From Candidatus Gottesmanbacteria bacterium GW2011_GWA2_43_14 (GTDB lineage Bacteria; Patescibacteriota; Microgenomatia; 2-02-FULL-39-11), in the NCBI GenBank assembly GCA_000999095.1, contig LCFP01000004.1:13429-77428 (forward strand): 64,000 nucleotides of DNA. Direction: 5' to 3'. This document shows positions 28,701 through 38,700 of this stretch, in pieces. Under the pieces are notes generated by a model. The model ran no database searches and had not been told where the DNA came from. It worked only from the letters and a program-made list of their open reading frames with translations. The position numbers were made by a program, and so were the translations under genes. How positions within the stretch are numbered: the first letter of the stretch is position 1; the number at the start of each line of letters is the position of its first letter.

Positions 28701-30028
28701 TCGCTCAAATCCATCCAGCCGGCCAGAGTTTCAGGAGAATGGAAATAAAACCCGTTTGCTAGATCCGACCTAAAATCTTCGCACTTTTGCAGAAAAAGTC
28801 CGGCTTCATCACCTTTACCTTGAAAAAGTTGCCTGATAGGATTTTCCGTATCACCAATATCCCGCAGAGCCGGATCGTGAAGATTACCTGGATTAAATGA
28901 CAGAGTAAATCTTGTCGCTCTTTCGGGCTGGCCGCCTTCAGGAATTTTAAACCACCAGCTTCTGATTCTCCTTGTTGTAGCTCGATAAACAAAAGTTGCC
29001 AATAATCCGCCGCCTGCTCCAATCAGCGTATCTAACCTGCCCGCGATTGAAGGATCAACCATACTGCCTAATATACTGTTAGAGTATATATCGTTAAATG
29101 CACCGACATAGGCTCCTCCTCCAGTCATGATCGCAATTCCTGCCCAATCCCAAAAATCATCCCAGTTATTCAAGGCAACCCTTCTACCAATATCCTTATA
29201 TGCTGCAATTTTTCTCGGATCGGTCTCTTTTTCAACAAGTTTACTAATTTGTTGATCGGACATATCTATAGTTATATCCCTGGTACCACCAGTAGTAAGA
29301 TCATAGCCTAACTGATAGGAAATGCTTTTTTCCGCCTGTTCGGCAAACTGATAGACATACATGAGTTCATCGACAGTTTCGAAAATATGCTGGTCTTCTT
29401 TGTTTACATATGCCTGAAGCCTTTTCTCGATATCTTCATTGCTGACGCCATACCATTTATACTGCTGACGGATTTCCTGTATTAATGCTAACTTTTTATT
29501 ATTATCAGCCTCCGGTAATGATAAAACTGAACTGATTCTCTCTTTTCTTTTTTTAATGTCTTTCTCCAATCCTGGACTTCCTGTCCTCTTATACCTTATA
29601 AACTGTCTCTTCTTCTGATCTACTAATGCCTCCCAAGCCCCCGCCCAGTCTCCTTTTAATTCCTCCAGGAGCTTTAAATCATCCTGGTCCATTTTCAAAA
29701 GAATCAGATCCTGCGCTCTTTTATCCCAATAAGGAAATCTTTCCTTGATAACTTCGGCCATCTGACTTAAATCCTTGCCGGTATGTGGATTTTCCAGGAC
29801 TCCGTACAATGTTTCGAGCACATTGTAAGCGTTGTATTCCTGCGAAAGATTCAGCCTGGCTTTAGTATGGCCTGTTATTCCCAATTCCGGCTTGTTGGCA
29901 AGAGGATTAACACCACCGATTTCCCATTTACCATAAACTGAACTGCGAAGCTGTTTATCCTGACTTCCAGAATTATTAACTCTTTGTGCCGGTCCTGTTG
30001 GAGTGATGTCCGGAGCGGTATCTGACAT
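25697..30028 (-). CDS. Giant protein (1443 aa), coiled-coil rich with a glycine-rich hydrophobic segment. No recognisable enzymatic motif.
   Basis: Uninterrupted 4.3-kb ORF. The central part is heptad-like. A hydrophobic Gly-rich stretch lies at about residues 300-350. Confidence 0.55.
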   Translation of the reverse strand: MSDTAPDITPTGPAQRVNNSGSQDKQLRSSVYGKWEIGGVNPLANKPELGITGHTKARLNLSQEYNAYNVLETLYGVLENPHTGKDLSQMAEVIKERFPYWDKRAQDLILLKMDQDDLKLLEELKGDWAGAWEALVDQKKRQFIRYKRTGSPGLEKDIKKRKERISSVLSLPEADNNKKLALIQEIRQQYKWYGVSNEDIEKRLQAYVNKEDQHIFETVDELMYVYQFAEQAEKSISYQLGYDLTTGGTRDITIDMSDQQISKLVEKETDPRKIAAYKDIGRRVALNNWDDFWDWAGIAIMTGGGAYVGAFNDIYSNSILGSMVDPSIAGRLDTLIGAGGGLLATFVYRATTRRIRSWWFKIPEGGQPERATRFTLSFNPGNLHDPALRDIGDTENPIRQLFQGKGDEAGLFLQKCEDFRSDLANGFYFHSPETLAGWMDLSDRVLGEAAQGTEMRHRIRLAKKIQQILEQEYKREAGGHKELGELELEDRVKVVTKAFDTISQVEGGETLAPIIKKVMIARARGEPLEEGITSQLEKLAKDILSGARVLHPKESPITLENKEHELSTETARRERQTTSKESYTQLLTDITTQESTATSKKDAWDSAKTTKGKQSAGAKKATGEIGTIEAKIKTAEDRITFLKSHLGEKQATGLYTGIIGDQKQIGGELKAAKKIEAGTEKILAERSEELQRLKLIPLDLIPDTDSRKQEIIDKIAILDSDVDPRGAKAAENALTPLTERRESLEESYNSLGNEINNVKQEIAIFEKSGGTLDNLRDQIETKKNEIETARLEYKSEKDKLDALIRKRNQLLQEVFGFDVTIPGFTAPSTEKIGDIAKETADKVTKLEAELKKLRERKEAGEALVVSDEDKETERGLQKLVESEIFNSDKFNELINDIISGNIKIEDLAKTLSDEGYSLLLKRIFGIDALSQGVNGNYNLTSRILSKGRLAEAIMSVWNLENRATPNAFFAGDSAGLQAYQDSQSIKQEIAGLTEQVSNIEKGKADGWEDQVRDLRRQLNNIQIELNDSLSILYDTRLASLLAQDRVSTAQVISKTLIEISKDAIKGNPFNELLTVSTAGPKTETFTTDHGPISITEMNKNERTGALIERGPIIEENIGNSGISVNLGIDNTEPIGGLNLTLNLRKEQSTINLLPSDLQPNIPDELVYLAYGNEFRRKAATNPADFDQAVLDSITYTNRESAENAGLPPELINIIYGPNTADGKKDLADIITGLGAFNPAVLPYERESFIGASPELQALFYELTADKRRTVVEINNFISSLAVDRAAATAAGGYPPGVLELIYKADGTRKDPSEIQNIIFKRDPTQIADLNQLVNLFNHVDSTRNLTRNFLFEVAQGISMMNVSDRIRHLQNKFTDFNQDGFEVKFDNGELNVYFVDPVRGRLSSGFADILKISPTQHYGHIITGIVKSSQFSGRANQTAHGKY

Positions 30029-30105
30029 AATTATTAAGCTAATCTCACTTTAGCACACCGGCAAATTTTCTTGCAACAGAAGATTCTATATGTCATAAAG
30101 AAAGT

Positions 30106-31962
30106 ATGGCCGGAGAACAACCAGCGCCGTCACAGGCAGAAATCGTTTCAAGAGGTAAACCTCCTAAACTAGTACCGACAGAAACGCCATTTGCATCTGA
30201 AGCTATCGGGGAAAATGGAAAAGTGACAGCAAAAAAGGAAGCTAAAGATACTGCTGTCATAAAAGCTCCAAAGCTGATTTCCCCTAACCCGGAAATACTT
30301 CAAGAAATTAGATCAAAAATCGGGGATATTCCGGAAGATGCGACCGTTGATAGTCTCATGGAAATTTTAACTAAAGAACATGGATGGGACAAGGATTCCG
30401 CCCCATTAGTCGAAGCGGCGTTTGAAGCTTTAAAACTGGAAAATAAGGGACAAAATCAAACGGAAACTCAAGAGGGAGACGACCAAACAGGGGGCAGTAC
30501 CTCAGCGCAAACTGCCGATGAAGATATAATTCAGGATGAAAAAGAACCGGGAGAAGGTAAAGAGTCTGAAAAGCCCCAGACCCAAAAAGTAAGCGATGTA
30601 GAATCCGACACGGAACAAAATCAACCTACAACAGAAGAGGAACAGCCTGAAGTGTCGGAAATACCATTGTCACAAAAAGTACATGAAGCCTGGCAAGGAG
30701 AAGATGGTGCAGTAATGCTTGTTACAAAAGCTATAGAAGAAGGAAAATTCGCATTAAAAGATTTGGAAGATGATTCTAGAAAGAAAATTACAGACGACTT
30801 GGGAATAATCGATACAACTGATTTAAGAGTTTATGAGGAATTCGAATTCCGAGAAAAACTCCAAAAGGCGATAAGTGAAGTCAATCTTGCTTATACAAAA
30901 GGAAAACAAAGAGAAGATAAAAACTATGAAGTTATTGGTGATGACGGGAGTACTAGAATAATCATTATTCAAGATCATATAGGGCCGATCATAGAAGCAA
31001 CCAGACAACTTGCCAACGAAACTGAAAAAAATGCAGAGAATCAAACAGTGCCCACTGAAAGAGCCAAAAAGGCTCAAGAAGATTTGGACGTACTTGAACC
31101 GATACTAAAACCGGATCCGAACGGCGGTTATTATTTTGATATACAAGAAGAAATAAAAGAGCCTCAGGAACCGCCGGAAATAACACTGCTTCGCCTGCAA
31201 AAAATGGTCGATGATGCCTTAAGATTTTTAGCTTTACCGGATCATATGGACAATGATAATAAAGTGATTGTTGCAGCGGCTATGGATGCATACGGACAAT
31301 TAGTACTTGTCTCTCAAACTGAAGCAGTGAAAGGAGGACTCGAACCGATATCAAATGCACCGCCCGAAGTCAGAATTCCGTTGGCCAGAATGGCATTAAA
31401 CACGTATCAGGAATTCAGGAGAAAAGTCACTACAAAAGGCAAAAAGGCCGAAGACAGCTATAGTGACTGGCAGGAAGTTCAAAAAGAAATTGAGATGCAA
31501 AAGGAAGGCAATGATGAGATAAAAAAATATTTTCGCCAATTTGTTGAAGATAAGGGCAGTTATTATGATGAACGTATTGATAAATTAATTGAAGAAGGAC
31601 ATTTTGTAGAAACGATGTCAGCTGTATTTACAGCTTCATATTTTGGAAAAATTAAAGACCGGTATAGAGCGCTAAAAGCTTCCCAGGTTTTGAAAAAATC
31701 AGGGCTAGCGAAAAAATTCAGTGAACAAAATAGTCCGTGGATTTCTCACTTTATGGAGGCTTTTTTTGGAAATTTAACCCGTCAGGAGGAAAAGAAAAAG
31801 TTGCTTAAGGATATCTTTGACAGATTGCCGATCAACAAATGGAGAGAGGCGGCCGGAACGGTCGGAGGCATGTTTATCATTACCGCGATAGGCAAATTTG
31901 ATGAATTAATGAATTTTGGTACCGAAACAGCTTCCGGTTCACGGAGCCCTCAAGCAGGTTAA
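30106..31962 (+). CDS. Acidic hypothetical protein (618 aa)
   Basis: Long ORF transcribed divergently from the giant protein. The N-terminal half is very acidic and low-complexity. Confidence 0.5.
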   Translation: MAGEQPAPSQAEIVSRGKPPKLVPTETPFASEAIGENGKVTAKKEAKDTAVIKAPKLISPNPEILQEIRSKIGDIPEDATVDSLMEILTKEHGWDKDSAPLVEAAFEALKLENKGQNQTETQEGDDQTGGSTSAQTADEDIIQDEKEPGEGKESEKPQTQKVSDVESDTEQNQPTTEEEQPEVSEIPLSQKVHEAWQGEDGAVMLVTKAIEEGKFALKDLEDDSRKKITDDLGIIDTTDLRVYEEFEFREKLQKAISEVNLAYTKGKQREDKNYEVIGDDGSTRIIIIQDHIGPIIEATRQLANETEKNAENQTVPTERAKKAQEDLDVLEPILKPDPNGGYYFDIQEEIKEPQEPPEITLLRLQKMVDDALRFLALPDHMDNDNKVIVAAAMDAYGQLVLVSQTEAVKGGLEPISNAPPEVRIPLARMALNTYQEFRRKVTTKGKKAEDSYSDWQEVQKEIEMQKEGNDEIKKYFRQFVEDKGSYYDERIDKLIEEGHFVETMSAVFTASYFGKIKDRYRALKASQVLKKSGLAKKFSEQNSPWISHFMEAFFGNLTRQEEKKKLLKDIFDRLPINKWREAAGTVGGMFIITAIGKFDELMNFGTETASGSRSPQAG

Positions 31963-31966
31963 AACC

Positions 31967-32656
31967 ATGTTGCAACAGTTGTTATTTTTCACAGTTTTAT
32001 TTTTCCTGATTTTTTTTATCTCCAAGTCAAACCTGAGCCAATTTCACCGACTGATTATAAAAATCATAGGCCATAAACATATCTCCGTCTGGATTCTTGC
32101 ATTAATATTTCTGCCGGGCACGGTCATTCATGAACTGTCACACTTTGTTGCAGCTACCATCCTGCATGTTCCGACAGGAAAAATGTCGATTTTCCCGACA
32201 ATTGAAAAAAACGGGGAGGCCCGGGCAGGTCACATCATGGTAGCCCGGACAGACCCCTTCCGCCTAAGCCTGATCGGTTTGGCACCGATGATGATCGGTC
32301 TGACTGTTGTCTATTTAACCGGACTATTCCTGATAGGGGATTGGCCGGGTATGCTGGCCGGGGGAAACCGGGTTAAATTTATAAGCGGTTTATTTTTATT
32401 GTTCCAGACAACCTCCGGCATGTTCTCGAGCAAAAGCGACCTTAAAAGTTTCCTCCTGGTTCTGCCTGTTATTCTGCTTTTTCTCCTAACCGGTTATTTT
32501 TCCGGCCTTTCAATCCAGGCAAACCAATCATTTATGGAAACCGTAACCGGTTTATTGACCCGGCTTAATTTTTATCTTCTAATAGCTAGCATTACCGATT
32601 ACTTTTTTTATTTATTCTTTCTGGCAGTAAATTCAGTTTTTGGAAACAGGCGTTAA
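31967..32656 (+). CDS. Polytopic membrane protein with an HExxH motif (putative zinc metalloprotease)
   Basis: HELSHFVAA sits within or next to a TM helix, and there are several further helices. Start chosen at MLQQLLF to avoid overlap. Confidence 0.4.
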   Translation: MLQQLLFFTVLFFLIFFISKSNLSQFHRLIIKIIGHKHISVWILALIFLPGTVIHELSHFVAATILHVPTGKMSIFPTIEKNGEARAGHIMVARTDPFRLSLIGLAPMMIGLTVVYLTGLFLIGDWPGMLAGGNRVKFISGLFLLFQTTSGMFSSKSDLKSFLLVLPVILLFLLTGYFSGLSIQANQSFMETVTGLLTRLNFYLLIASITDYFFYLFFLAVNSVFGNRR

Positions 32657-34512
32657 ACACCCGTCTGTGTGGAAGTAGGGGACTCGGAGGGAGCAGGAGC
32701 AGTCGGCTGGTTGCCGTCAGGTTCCGAAGACTGGTTGAAATAATTTACTAAAGGGCTTTGGTCGCCGGCAGGCGGTACGGGCGGGGAAACCGCGGGTACG
32801 ATAGGTTGCGGGGGAGCGGGAACTACACCTGTTGGCTGTGGAATTATTCCGGGAACAGGTTCGACTGGCTTGTAAGCAGGAACGGGAGCCATAGGCTGTG
32901 ACGGAGCAGCCGGGGAGATGGACGTGCCGAGACATTTCGGACAGGTAGAAATTTGTGTGCCATGCGGCACTTGCCAGCTGTGACTGCAGGTTTGACAGAC
33001 ATAGCTGTCCATTTGCTGATTTGTTTTATCCTCGGGCTTAATCTGGTTGTCGGGATGTTCTGCTACAGCTTCTTCTTTATCAGCGGTTTTGACAGCTTCC
33101 TTGCGGGGCATCATTTTCTTTATGTCAAAAATGAGTTGCTTATTGTTGTAATCAACGCTGATAGTGTCACCAGCAGTTAAATCACCCTTGATAAGATATG
33201 AGGAAACCGGATTTTCAATCACTCTCTGGATGGTTCTTCTCAAAGGCCTGGCACCGTATATAGGGTCAAAACCGATTTCCGCCAGATAGAGTTTGGCATT
33301 AGGAGAAATGGACAGCCCAATACCCTGTTCTTCCAGGATTTTGGTCAGGGTATGCATTTGCAGATCAACGATTTCCAGCATGTGTTCCGGTCCCAGCGGC
33401 CTGAAAATGGTAACCTCATCAAAACGGTTCAATAGTTCCGGACGGAAGAATTTACGGAGTTCCACCATCAGCTTTTTGGAAAGTTTTTCAAATTGCTCTT
33501 CTTCCTTGGCATCCTTCTTGACCTCCGCTGACTTGACCGGCAAAAGCTCATCACTGGCTTCTATCGCCAGCGTAGTGAAGAGCTTCTCGATAGTTCCAGT
33601 CTGCCAGGTATGTTGAGTTGAGTCTTTCCTAATGTAATATTTGCCTTCAGCAATCACGACTTCCTCACCTGTCGGCTTGAAAAAATGCATCTCCCATTTC
33701 TTTATGGGAAATATTTCCTTCCTGCTTTGCCTCTGTTGCATCAAATTGGCATTTGAATCTTTCGTTTGTTTGGCAGACTGCGTTAAAGGTTGTTCTTCTA
33801 CAAGACTGTTGGCGAAAAATTCTTCCAGGGTACCGGTTGTCCAGTCTTTCACCTGTAGGTTTTGCCTGGTCCAAAAACGGTCTCCCAATGTGATAAATTC
33901 TTCATTTTTGAGATTAACGGCATGAGTATCCAGTTTGGCTGTCGGCAGCTGTTCTTTGGGATTGTCGGGTTTGGCATTATAGACAATATGGTCTTTCAGG
34001 TTTTCCAGAAGCTTCGAAGTATGCCATTCTTTGGCAATGGTTGAAGTCCTGAACCAGACAAAGTCATCACGGGTGATAGTTTCACTGCCATCAGCTCCGA
34101 TAACATGCGTATCAATATAGTTTTCCGGAAAACTGCCCGTGGGGGCATCGACTAGTTGACTGCCGGCAAAGTAATCCTTAAGCTGTGTTTTTTTCCACAA
34201 AGTGCCATCTTTATCTTTCTGCCAGACATTACTATCCAATGTGATTATCTCCCTGCCTGTCGGAGAGACAACATAGGTTTTGATCATTTTCGGTTTTTCG
34301 ACAATAGGCGATGAAGGTAAGTTTTTCTTTTCCCAATTAATCATTTCCTCCTGTATGATGCCGCTGCCGAGATTAGAGGTGCAGATCATGATCGTATTTT
34401 TAAAAGAAATGGTATGTCCTTTGTTATCTGTAAGCCGTCCGTCATCAAGAAGCTGGATCAGAATATTAAAGACGTCAGGATGTGCTTTTTCGATCTCATC
34501 GAGAAGTACCAC
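32653..34512 (-). CDS. ClpC-like AAA+ chaperone, C-terminal portion. It covers D2 from Walker B onward, a roughly 290-aa repeat insertion, a zinc ribbon and a Pro-rich tail. It is frameshifted relative to the upstream part.
   Basis: [29 protein letters not shown] (Walker B and sensor region), ...TSN, ...ELLNRFDE, ...GARPLRR. Four roughly 33-aa repeats (G.E.IT....W...K.WxTGTLE.F) are inserted between them. CxxC...CxxC lies near the C-terminus. Confidence 0.6.
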   Translation of the reverse strand: MVLLDEIEKAHPDVFNILIQLLDDGRLTDNKGHTISFKNTIMICTSNLGSGIIQEEMINWEKKNLPSSPIVEKPKMIKTYVVSPTGREIITLDSNVWQKDKDGTLWKKTQLKDYFAGSQLVDAPTGSFPENYIDTHVIGADGSETITRDDFVWFRTSTIAKEWHTSKLLENLKDHIVYNAKPDNPKEQLPTAKLDTHAVNLKNEEFITLGDRFWTRQNLQVKDWTTGTLEEFFANSLVEEQPLTQSAKQTKDSNANLMQQRQSRKEIFPIKKWEMHFFKPTGEEVVIAEGKYYIRKDSTQHTWQTGTIEKLFTTLAIEASDELLPVKSAEVKKDAKEEEQFEKLSKKLMVELRKFFRPELLNRFDEVTIFRPLGPEHMLEIVDLQMHTLTKILEEQGIGLSISPNAKLYLAEIGFDPIYGARPLRRTIQRVIENPVSSYLIKGDLTAGDTISVDYNNKQLIFDIKKMMPRKEAVKTADKEEAVAEHPDNQIKPEDKTNQQMDSYVCQTCSHSWQVPHGTQISTCPKCLGTSISPAAPSQPMAPVPAYKPVEPVPGIIPQPTGVVPAPPQPIVPAVSPPVPPAGDQSPLVNYFNQSSEPDGNQPTAPAPSESPTSTQTGV

Positions 34513-36557
34513 CCCTCGCTGCCGAAAAGAATCTCCGCCAAAGATTTGGCCAGCTCGGTTTTACCGACACCGGTTGGCCCCATGAAAATAAAGGAGCCTA
34601 TCGGCCTTTTATTGGACTTTAAGCCCGCCCTTCCGCGTCTGACAGCTTCAGAGACAGCGGAGACTGCTTCTTCCTGATCGATAAGTCTTTTATGAATTGT
34701 CTTTTCCAGTTCCATGAGCTTAAAGGCTTCGTTTTCAGTCAGCCGGGATACGGGAATATTGGTCCAGCGGGCAACAATCTCAGCAATAACTTCTTTATTG
34801 ACCGAGTTGGTGGTGGTGGATTTTTTTATCTGGTACTGTTCTTTCAGCAGATTCAGGTTCTGGACGGTATCCTCGGACTCTTTCTTCAGACTTTCCAGCC
34901 TGATTGTGTCTCCTATCTTTTCCGCTTCTTCTTTCTCGTGCTCCAGTTTCTTCAATTTTGCTTCACTGCTTTTTATTTCCTCAGGTAAAGATATCGCCGG
35001 CAGTCTGACGGCGGCTGCTGCTTCATCAATTAAATCAACAGCCTTATCCGGCAGAAACCTGTCGGCAATATATCTTTGGGAAAGCCTGACAGCTTCTTCG
35101 ATTGTGTCATCCGGAATTTTGACCCGGTGGAAAGCCTCATATTTGTCCCTGATGGCCAAAAGCATCTCAACGGCTGTTTCGGCTGTCGGTTCAGCAACCA
35201 TTATTGGCTGGAACCTTCTTTCCAAAGCCGGATCTTTCTCAATATATTTACGGTATTCCGTAACAGTGGTTGTACCCACCACCTGCAGTTCGCCCCGCGC
35301 TAAGGAAGGTTTAAGGATATTGGAAGCATCCATGGTACCTTCGCCCCCTGAGCCCGCCCCGACCATGTTGTGCAATTCGTCAATAAAAAGAATAACTGAT
35401 CCTGAAGCGGCCTTTACTTCCTTAATCAAATTCTTCAGTCTTTCCTCAAATTCACCTCTGTGCCTGGCTCCGGCGATCAAAGACATCAGATCAAGCTGCA
35501 GTATCTTTTTATTCAAAAGCGTCTCAGGCACGTCACTTCTGGCTATTCTTTGCGCCATGCCTTCGACAATGGCTGTCTTGCCGACTCCGGCGTCACCGAT
35601 TAGAACAGGATTATTTTTAGTTCTGCGTGACAGAATATGGATAACCCTCTCAATTTCCCAGCTCCGGCCGACAACAGGATCAAGTTCTCCCCGGGCAGCC
35701 TTGGCTGTCAGATCTTCAGTAAACTGTTCCAACGTAGTCTGTTTCTTGTCTTCTTTTTTCTTCTCCAGTTCTTTCTTGCCGGTAATTTTCTGGTTCAAAA
35801 CCTCCTGGGTCAGGTGGTTCTTGTTCAAAATTTGGGCAGCCATGCCTTCTCCTTCGTGAGACAAGGCCAAAAGGATGTGCTCAGGCGAGATAAATTCGTA
35901 ACCCAAGGACTTGGCTGTAGACAGGGACAGCTCAAGCACTCTTTTGATTCTGGGTGAAAATTGCGGTGTTCCGGGAAAATTACCTTTTTTGAAGCTTTTT
36001 TCCAAAGCCTGCTGCAAATCAGAGGGTACGGCTTTGCAATCGGAAATCAATTGGTAAATGGATGAATCGGAAAGAAGCGCCCAAAGAACATGCTCCGTAT
36101 CAATATGCTGGACTTTCAGCTCTTTAACTTTAGCAACTGCCTTCATCAGCACATCATTTGCCCTTTGGGTCATCCTGGATAAAACATCCATGCCTACCCT
36201 TTTACCCATATCAATTGAGGCGGCTGTTGTTTGCTGACTGTCGCTCTGATTGACAGGTGCAGGTGAAGCAGCCGGCGCTGTTGTTTGGGTGGAGACGGCT
36301 ACTGATGCAGATGATGGCGTTGCAGCCGGGGGATTGCCGATGCCTGAATAGGCTTGCCCCGATTGGATCGGGGCTTGTTGTCCGGCAGGCGGATTGCCGA
36401 TGCCTGAATAAGCCTGAGGTTGTTCGTTTTGTACTGTTTGGGAAGTATAGGAAACCGAAGCAGATTCCTCCTGCGTATTGGGGGAAACATCAGTCGGTTC
36501 ATTCTTATACTGGTCTTTTTTAAAGTATTTGGTAAACTTAAAGAGTTGACCTGGCAT
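34458..36557 (-). CDS. ClpC-like AAA+ chaperone, N-terminal portion. It covers the low-complexity extension, the Clp_N repeats, D1, a short M-domain and the D2 Walker A, then terminates after the frameshift.
   Basis: HVLWALLSD and HILLAL Clp_N repeats, [18 protein letters not shown] (D1 Walker A), [22 protein letters not shown] (D2 Walker A). The frame is lost just after this. About 45 aa expected between Walker A and Walker B of D2 are missing. Confidence 0.6.
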   Translation of the reverse strand: MPGQLFKFTKYFKKDQYKNEPTDVSPNTQEESASVSYTSQTVQNEQPQAYSGIGNPPAGQQAPIQSGQAYSGIGNPPAATPSSASVAVSTQTTAPAASPAPVNQSDSQQTTAASIDMGKRVGMDVLSRMTQRANDVLMKAVAKVKELKVQHIDTEHVLWALLSDSSIYQLISDCKAVPSDLQQALEKSFKKGNFPGTPQFSPRIKRVLELSLSTAKSLGYEFISPEHILLALSHEGEGMAAQILNKNHLTQEVLNQKITGKKELEKKKEDKKQTTLEQFTEDLTAKAARGELDPVVGRSWEIERVIHILSRRTKNNPVLIGDAGVGKTAIVEGMAQRIARSDVPETLLNKKILQLDLMSLIAGARHRGEFEERLKNLIKEVKAASGSVILFIDELHNMVGAGSGGEGTMDASNILKPSLARGELQVVGTTTVTEYRKYIEKDPALERRFQPIMVAEPTAETAVEMLLAIRDKYEAFHRVKIPDDTIEEAVRLSQRYIADRFLPDKAVDLIDEAAAAVRLPAISLPEEIKSSEAKLKKLEHEKEEAEKIGDTIRLESLKKESEDTVQNLNLLKEQYQIKKSTTTNSVNKEVIAEIVARWTNIPVSRLTENEAFKLMELEKTIHKRLIDQEEAVSAVSEAVRRGRAGLKSNKRPIGSFIFMGPTGVGKTELAKSLAEILFGSEGWYFSMRSKKHILTSLIF
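36327..36416. repeat. Two-copy direct repeat (about 30-nt core, 60-nt period) inside the ClpC-like N-terminal extension
   Basis: GGATTGCCGATGCCTGAATA(G/A)GC occurs at 36331 and again at 36391. It encodes the duplicated peptide [11 protein letters not shown]. Confidence 0.7.
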
Positions 36558-36717
36558 TACCTCCTAGTAAACCATTTTTTCAAGGATGCTGTCAATCCCA
36601 ATTCTGACTTTCATATTGTTACTGTTTTCACAAAATTTAATCCAGTTTAGTAGTATTTTGAGCATTAATGCATTAGTTGCAAGGTAATTTTTCACATTTT
36701 AACCTAGATTTAGCCCT

Positions 36718-37998
36718 ATGGAACAACACTCTGTACCGCGTAATATTTCCAGCTTCCAATTTCACCTTATCGGTGACATGACGGTCCGCCAATTTGCTTA
36801 TCTTCTCGGAGGCTGCCTTATCGGTTTCGTCCTGTATAAACTGCTGCCTCTGCCGGGATTTTTAGCCATTCCTGCCGCCGGAGCGGCGGTTTTAACCGGT
36901 TTTGCTTTTGCCTTTGTCCCAATTCAGGAAAGGCCGCTGGACAAATGGATTGTCGCATTCATAAAAAGCATAACTTCTCCGACTCAATATCTCTGGCAAA
37001 AACAGGAAGAGATGCCGGACATTTTAGCTTATGCATACAACCGGCCTGTTAAAAGTTTGCCGCAAAACCATCTGGAGGCTCATGCGGATGCTAAAAAAAA
37101 ACTGGATAATTATTTGAACTCTTTGCCTAACCAACCCCACCAGCAAATAAATATCAGGGAAAAACATTATGTAGACAGTACTCTCAAACTCTTCAATACT
37201 ACAAACAGTTTTATTCCGGCAGCAGCTCCTTCATTTACCGCTCCGTCTTCCATACCGCCTGTTTCTGTTTCTGCGCTTCCGTTTACAACGGTGCTTCCGA
37301 TAACCCCTGTCGTCAAACCCGTACAGTCCCCTCCGCCCCCGGTAAAAGCGGATGTCCTCCATCCGCCTTTATCCGCAGCAGTTGCCCCGGTGAATCCTAA
37401 ACCGCTCCCTCCGGCAATACAAAAACCAATTGAAGTCAAAAAAGCGGCGCCCCCACAGCTTCAGCAAATACCGGTTGATCATTCGGAATTAACGGAGATA
37501 CGCCGGGAAAAAGAAAAACTGGAAAAAGAACTGGAAAGACTTAAAGCGGAGATAAGTAAATCTTCCAAAATAACCATCAAACCTGTTGAAGAAAAAGAGC
37601 CGGTCAAACCAACCATCAAGACGGTTACTCCCAAAAGCGCTGTCAATGAAATAGGCATTCCCAAACTTCCCCAGGCTCCAAATATCATTATGGGAGTCAT
37701 CAAAGACAGTAATAAGAGGCTCTTGCCCAATATTATTCTGACCATCAAGGATATCAAAGACAATCCGCACCGGGCTTTGAAAACCAACCGCTTGGGTCAA
37801 TTCTCAACCGCTACCCCCCTGCAAAACGGAACATATTTTGTCGAAGCTGAAGACCCGATGAAAAGATATACTTTTGACATTGCCGAGATCAATTTGTCCG
37901 GCAAGATCTTTCTGCCTATTGAAATTACGGCCAAGGGAGAAAAAGAAAAAATGCGTGAGCAGCTAAACAAAGAACTGTTCAGCAATCCGGGGATATAA
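36718..37998 (+). CDS. Membrane protein with N-terminal TM helices, a Pro-rich linker, a coiled coil and a C-terminal carboxypeptidase-regulatory-like beta-sandwich domain. Candidate T4SS-associated component.
   Basis: Two N-terminal hydrophobic helices. A PxP-rich stretch at about residues 170-250. EKEKLEKELERLKAEI coiled coil. The C-terminal IIMGVIKDSNKRLLPNIILTIKD...NGTYFVEA matches the CarboxypepD_reg pattern. It lies immediately upstream of the VirB4-like ORFs. Confidence 0.5.
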   Translation: MEQHSVPRNISSFQFHLIGDMTVRQFAYLLGGCLIGFVLYKLLPLPGFLAIPAAGAAVLTGFAFAFVPIQERPLDKWIVAFIKSITSPTQYLWQKQEEMPDILAYAYNRPVKSLPQNHLEAHADAKKKLDNYLNSLPNQPHQQINIREKHYVDSTLKLFNTTNSFIPAAAPSFTAPSSIPPVSVSALPFTTVLPITPVVKPVQSPPPPVKADVLHPPLSAAVAPVNPKPLPPAIQKPIEVKKAAPPQLQQIPVDHSELTEIRREKEKLEKELERLKAEISKSSKITIKPVEEKEPVKPTIKTVTPKSAVNEIGIPKLPQAPNIIMGVIKDSNKRLLPNIILTIKDIKDNPHRALKTNRLGQFSTATPLQNGTYFVEAEDPMKRYTFDIAEINLSGKIFLPIEITAKGEKEKMREQLNKELFSNPGI

Positions 37999-38022
37999 TC
38001 ATTTATAATAATCTATAGTATT

Positions 38023-38694
38023 ATGCAGCCGACTTCAGCACCGATCAGGGCGACTACCCAGGAATTTCTGGATATCGAGGACATCATCGATGATATTTTA
38101 ATCCTGAGAAGCGGCGGAGCGGCGGTTTTAATTGAAACAACTGCCGTCAATTTCGGCCTTTTGTCAGAAGAAGAGCAGGATGCCCTAATTTACGCTTATG
38201 CTTCGTTTTTAAATTCCCTGTCCTTTCCCCTTCAGGTGGTTATCCTGTCAAAGCGCATGGACATTTCTTCTTATATTGAATTCATTCTTCAGGAAGAAAC
38301 CAAACAGCCTAATCCTGTTATTAAAGACAGAATCAGAAATTACCGTGAATTCATACTTTCTACAATCAAAGAAAACCGTGTCCTGGAAAAAAAATTCTAT
38401 TTAGTCGTCCCTTTTTCTCCGTTGGAGTTGGGGATTAAAGAAGCATTTTCCGTATCCAACAAAAAGAAAAAGCTGCCTTTTACTAAAGACTACATCCTTT
38501 CCAGATCAAAAACATCACTTTTTCCCAAAAGAGACCACATCCTGAGACAGCTGGGCCGCATAGGACTTAAAGGCAGGCAGCTATCAACCCAGGAACTGGT
38601 GGAGCTTTTCTACAACCTATACAACCCGACCTTTACCGGTGAAAAACTGGGAGAAACAATAGGTTATACTAAACCGTTAGTTGAAGGGGTTTAA
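38023..38694 (+). CDS. VirB4/TcpF-type conjugative ATPase, N-terminal domain, present as a separate ORF
   Basis: TQEFLDIEDIIDDILILRSGGAAVLIETTAVNFGLLSEEEQDALIYAYASFLNSL resembles the N-terminus of Gram-positive VirB4 homologs. The ORF ends with tandem TAA TAA stops, 6 nt before the next ATG and in the same frame. Confidence 0.55.
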   Translation: MQPTSAPIRATTQEFLDIEDIIDDILILRSGGAAVLIETTAVNFGLLSEEEQDALIYAYASFLNSLSFPLQVVILSKRMDISSYIEFILQEETKQPNPVIKDRIRNYREFILSTIKENRVLEKKFYLVVPFSPLELGIKEAFSVSNKKKKLPFTKDYILSRSKTSLFPKRDHILRQLGRIGLKGRQLSTQELVELFYNLYNPTFTGEKLGETIGYTKPLVEGV

Positions 38695-38700
38695 TAACTT

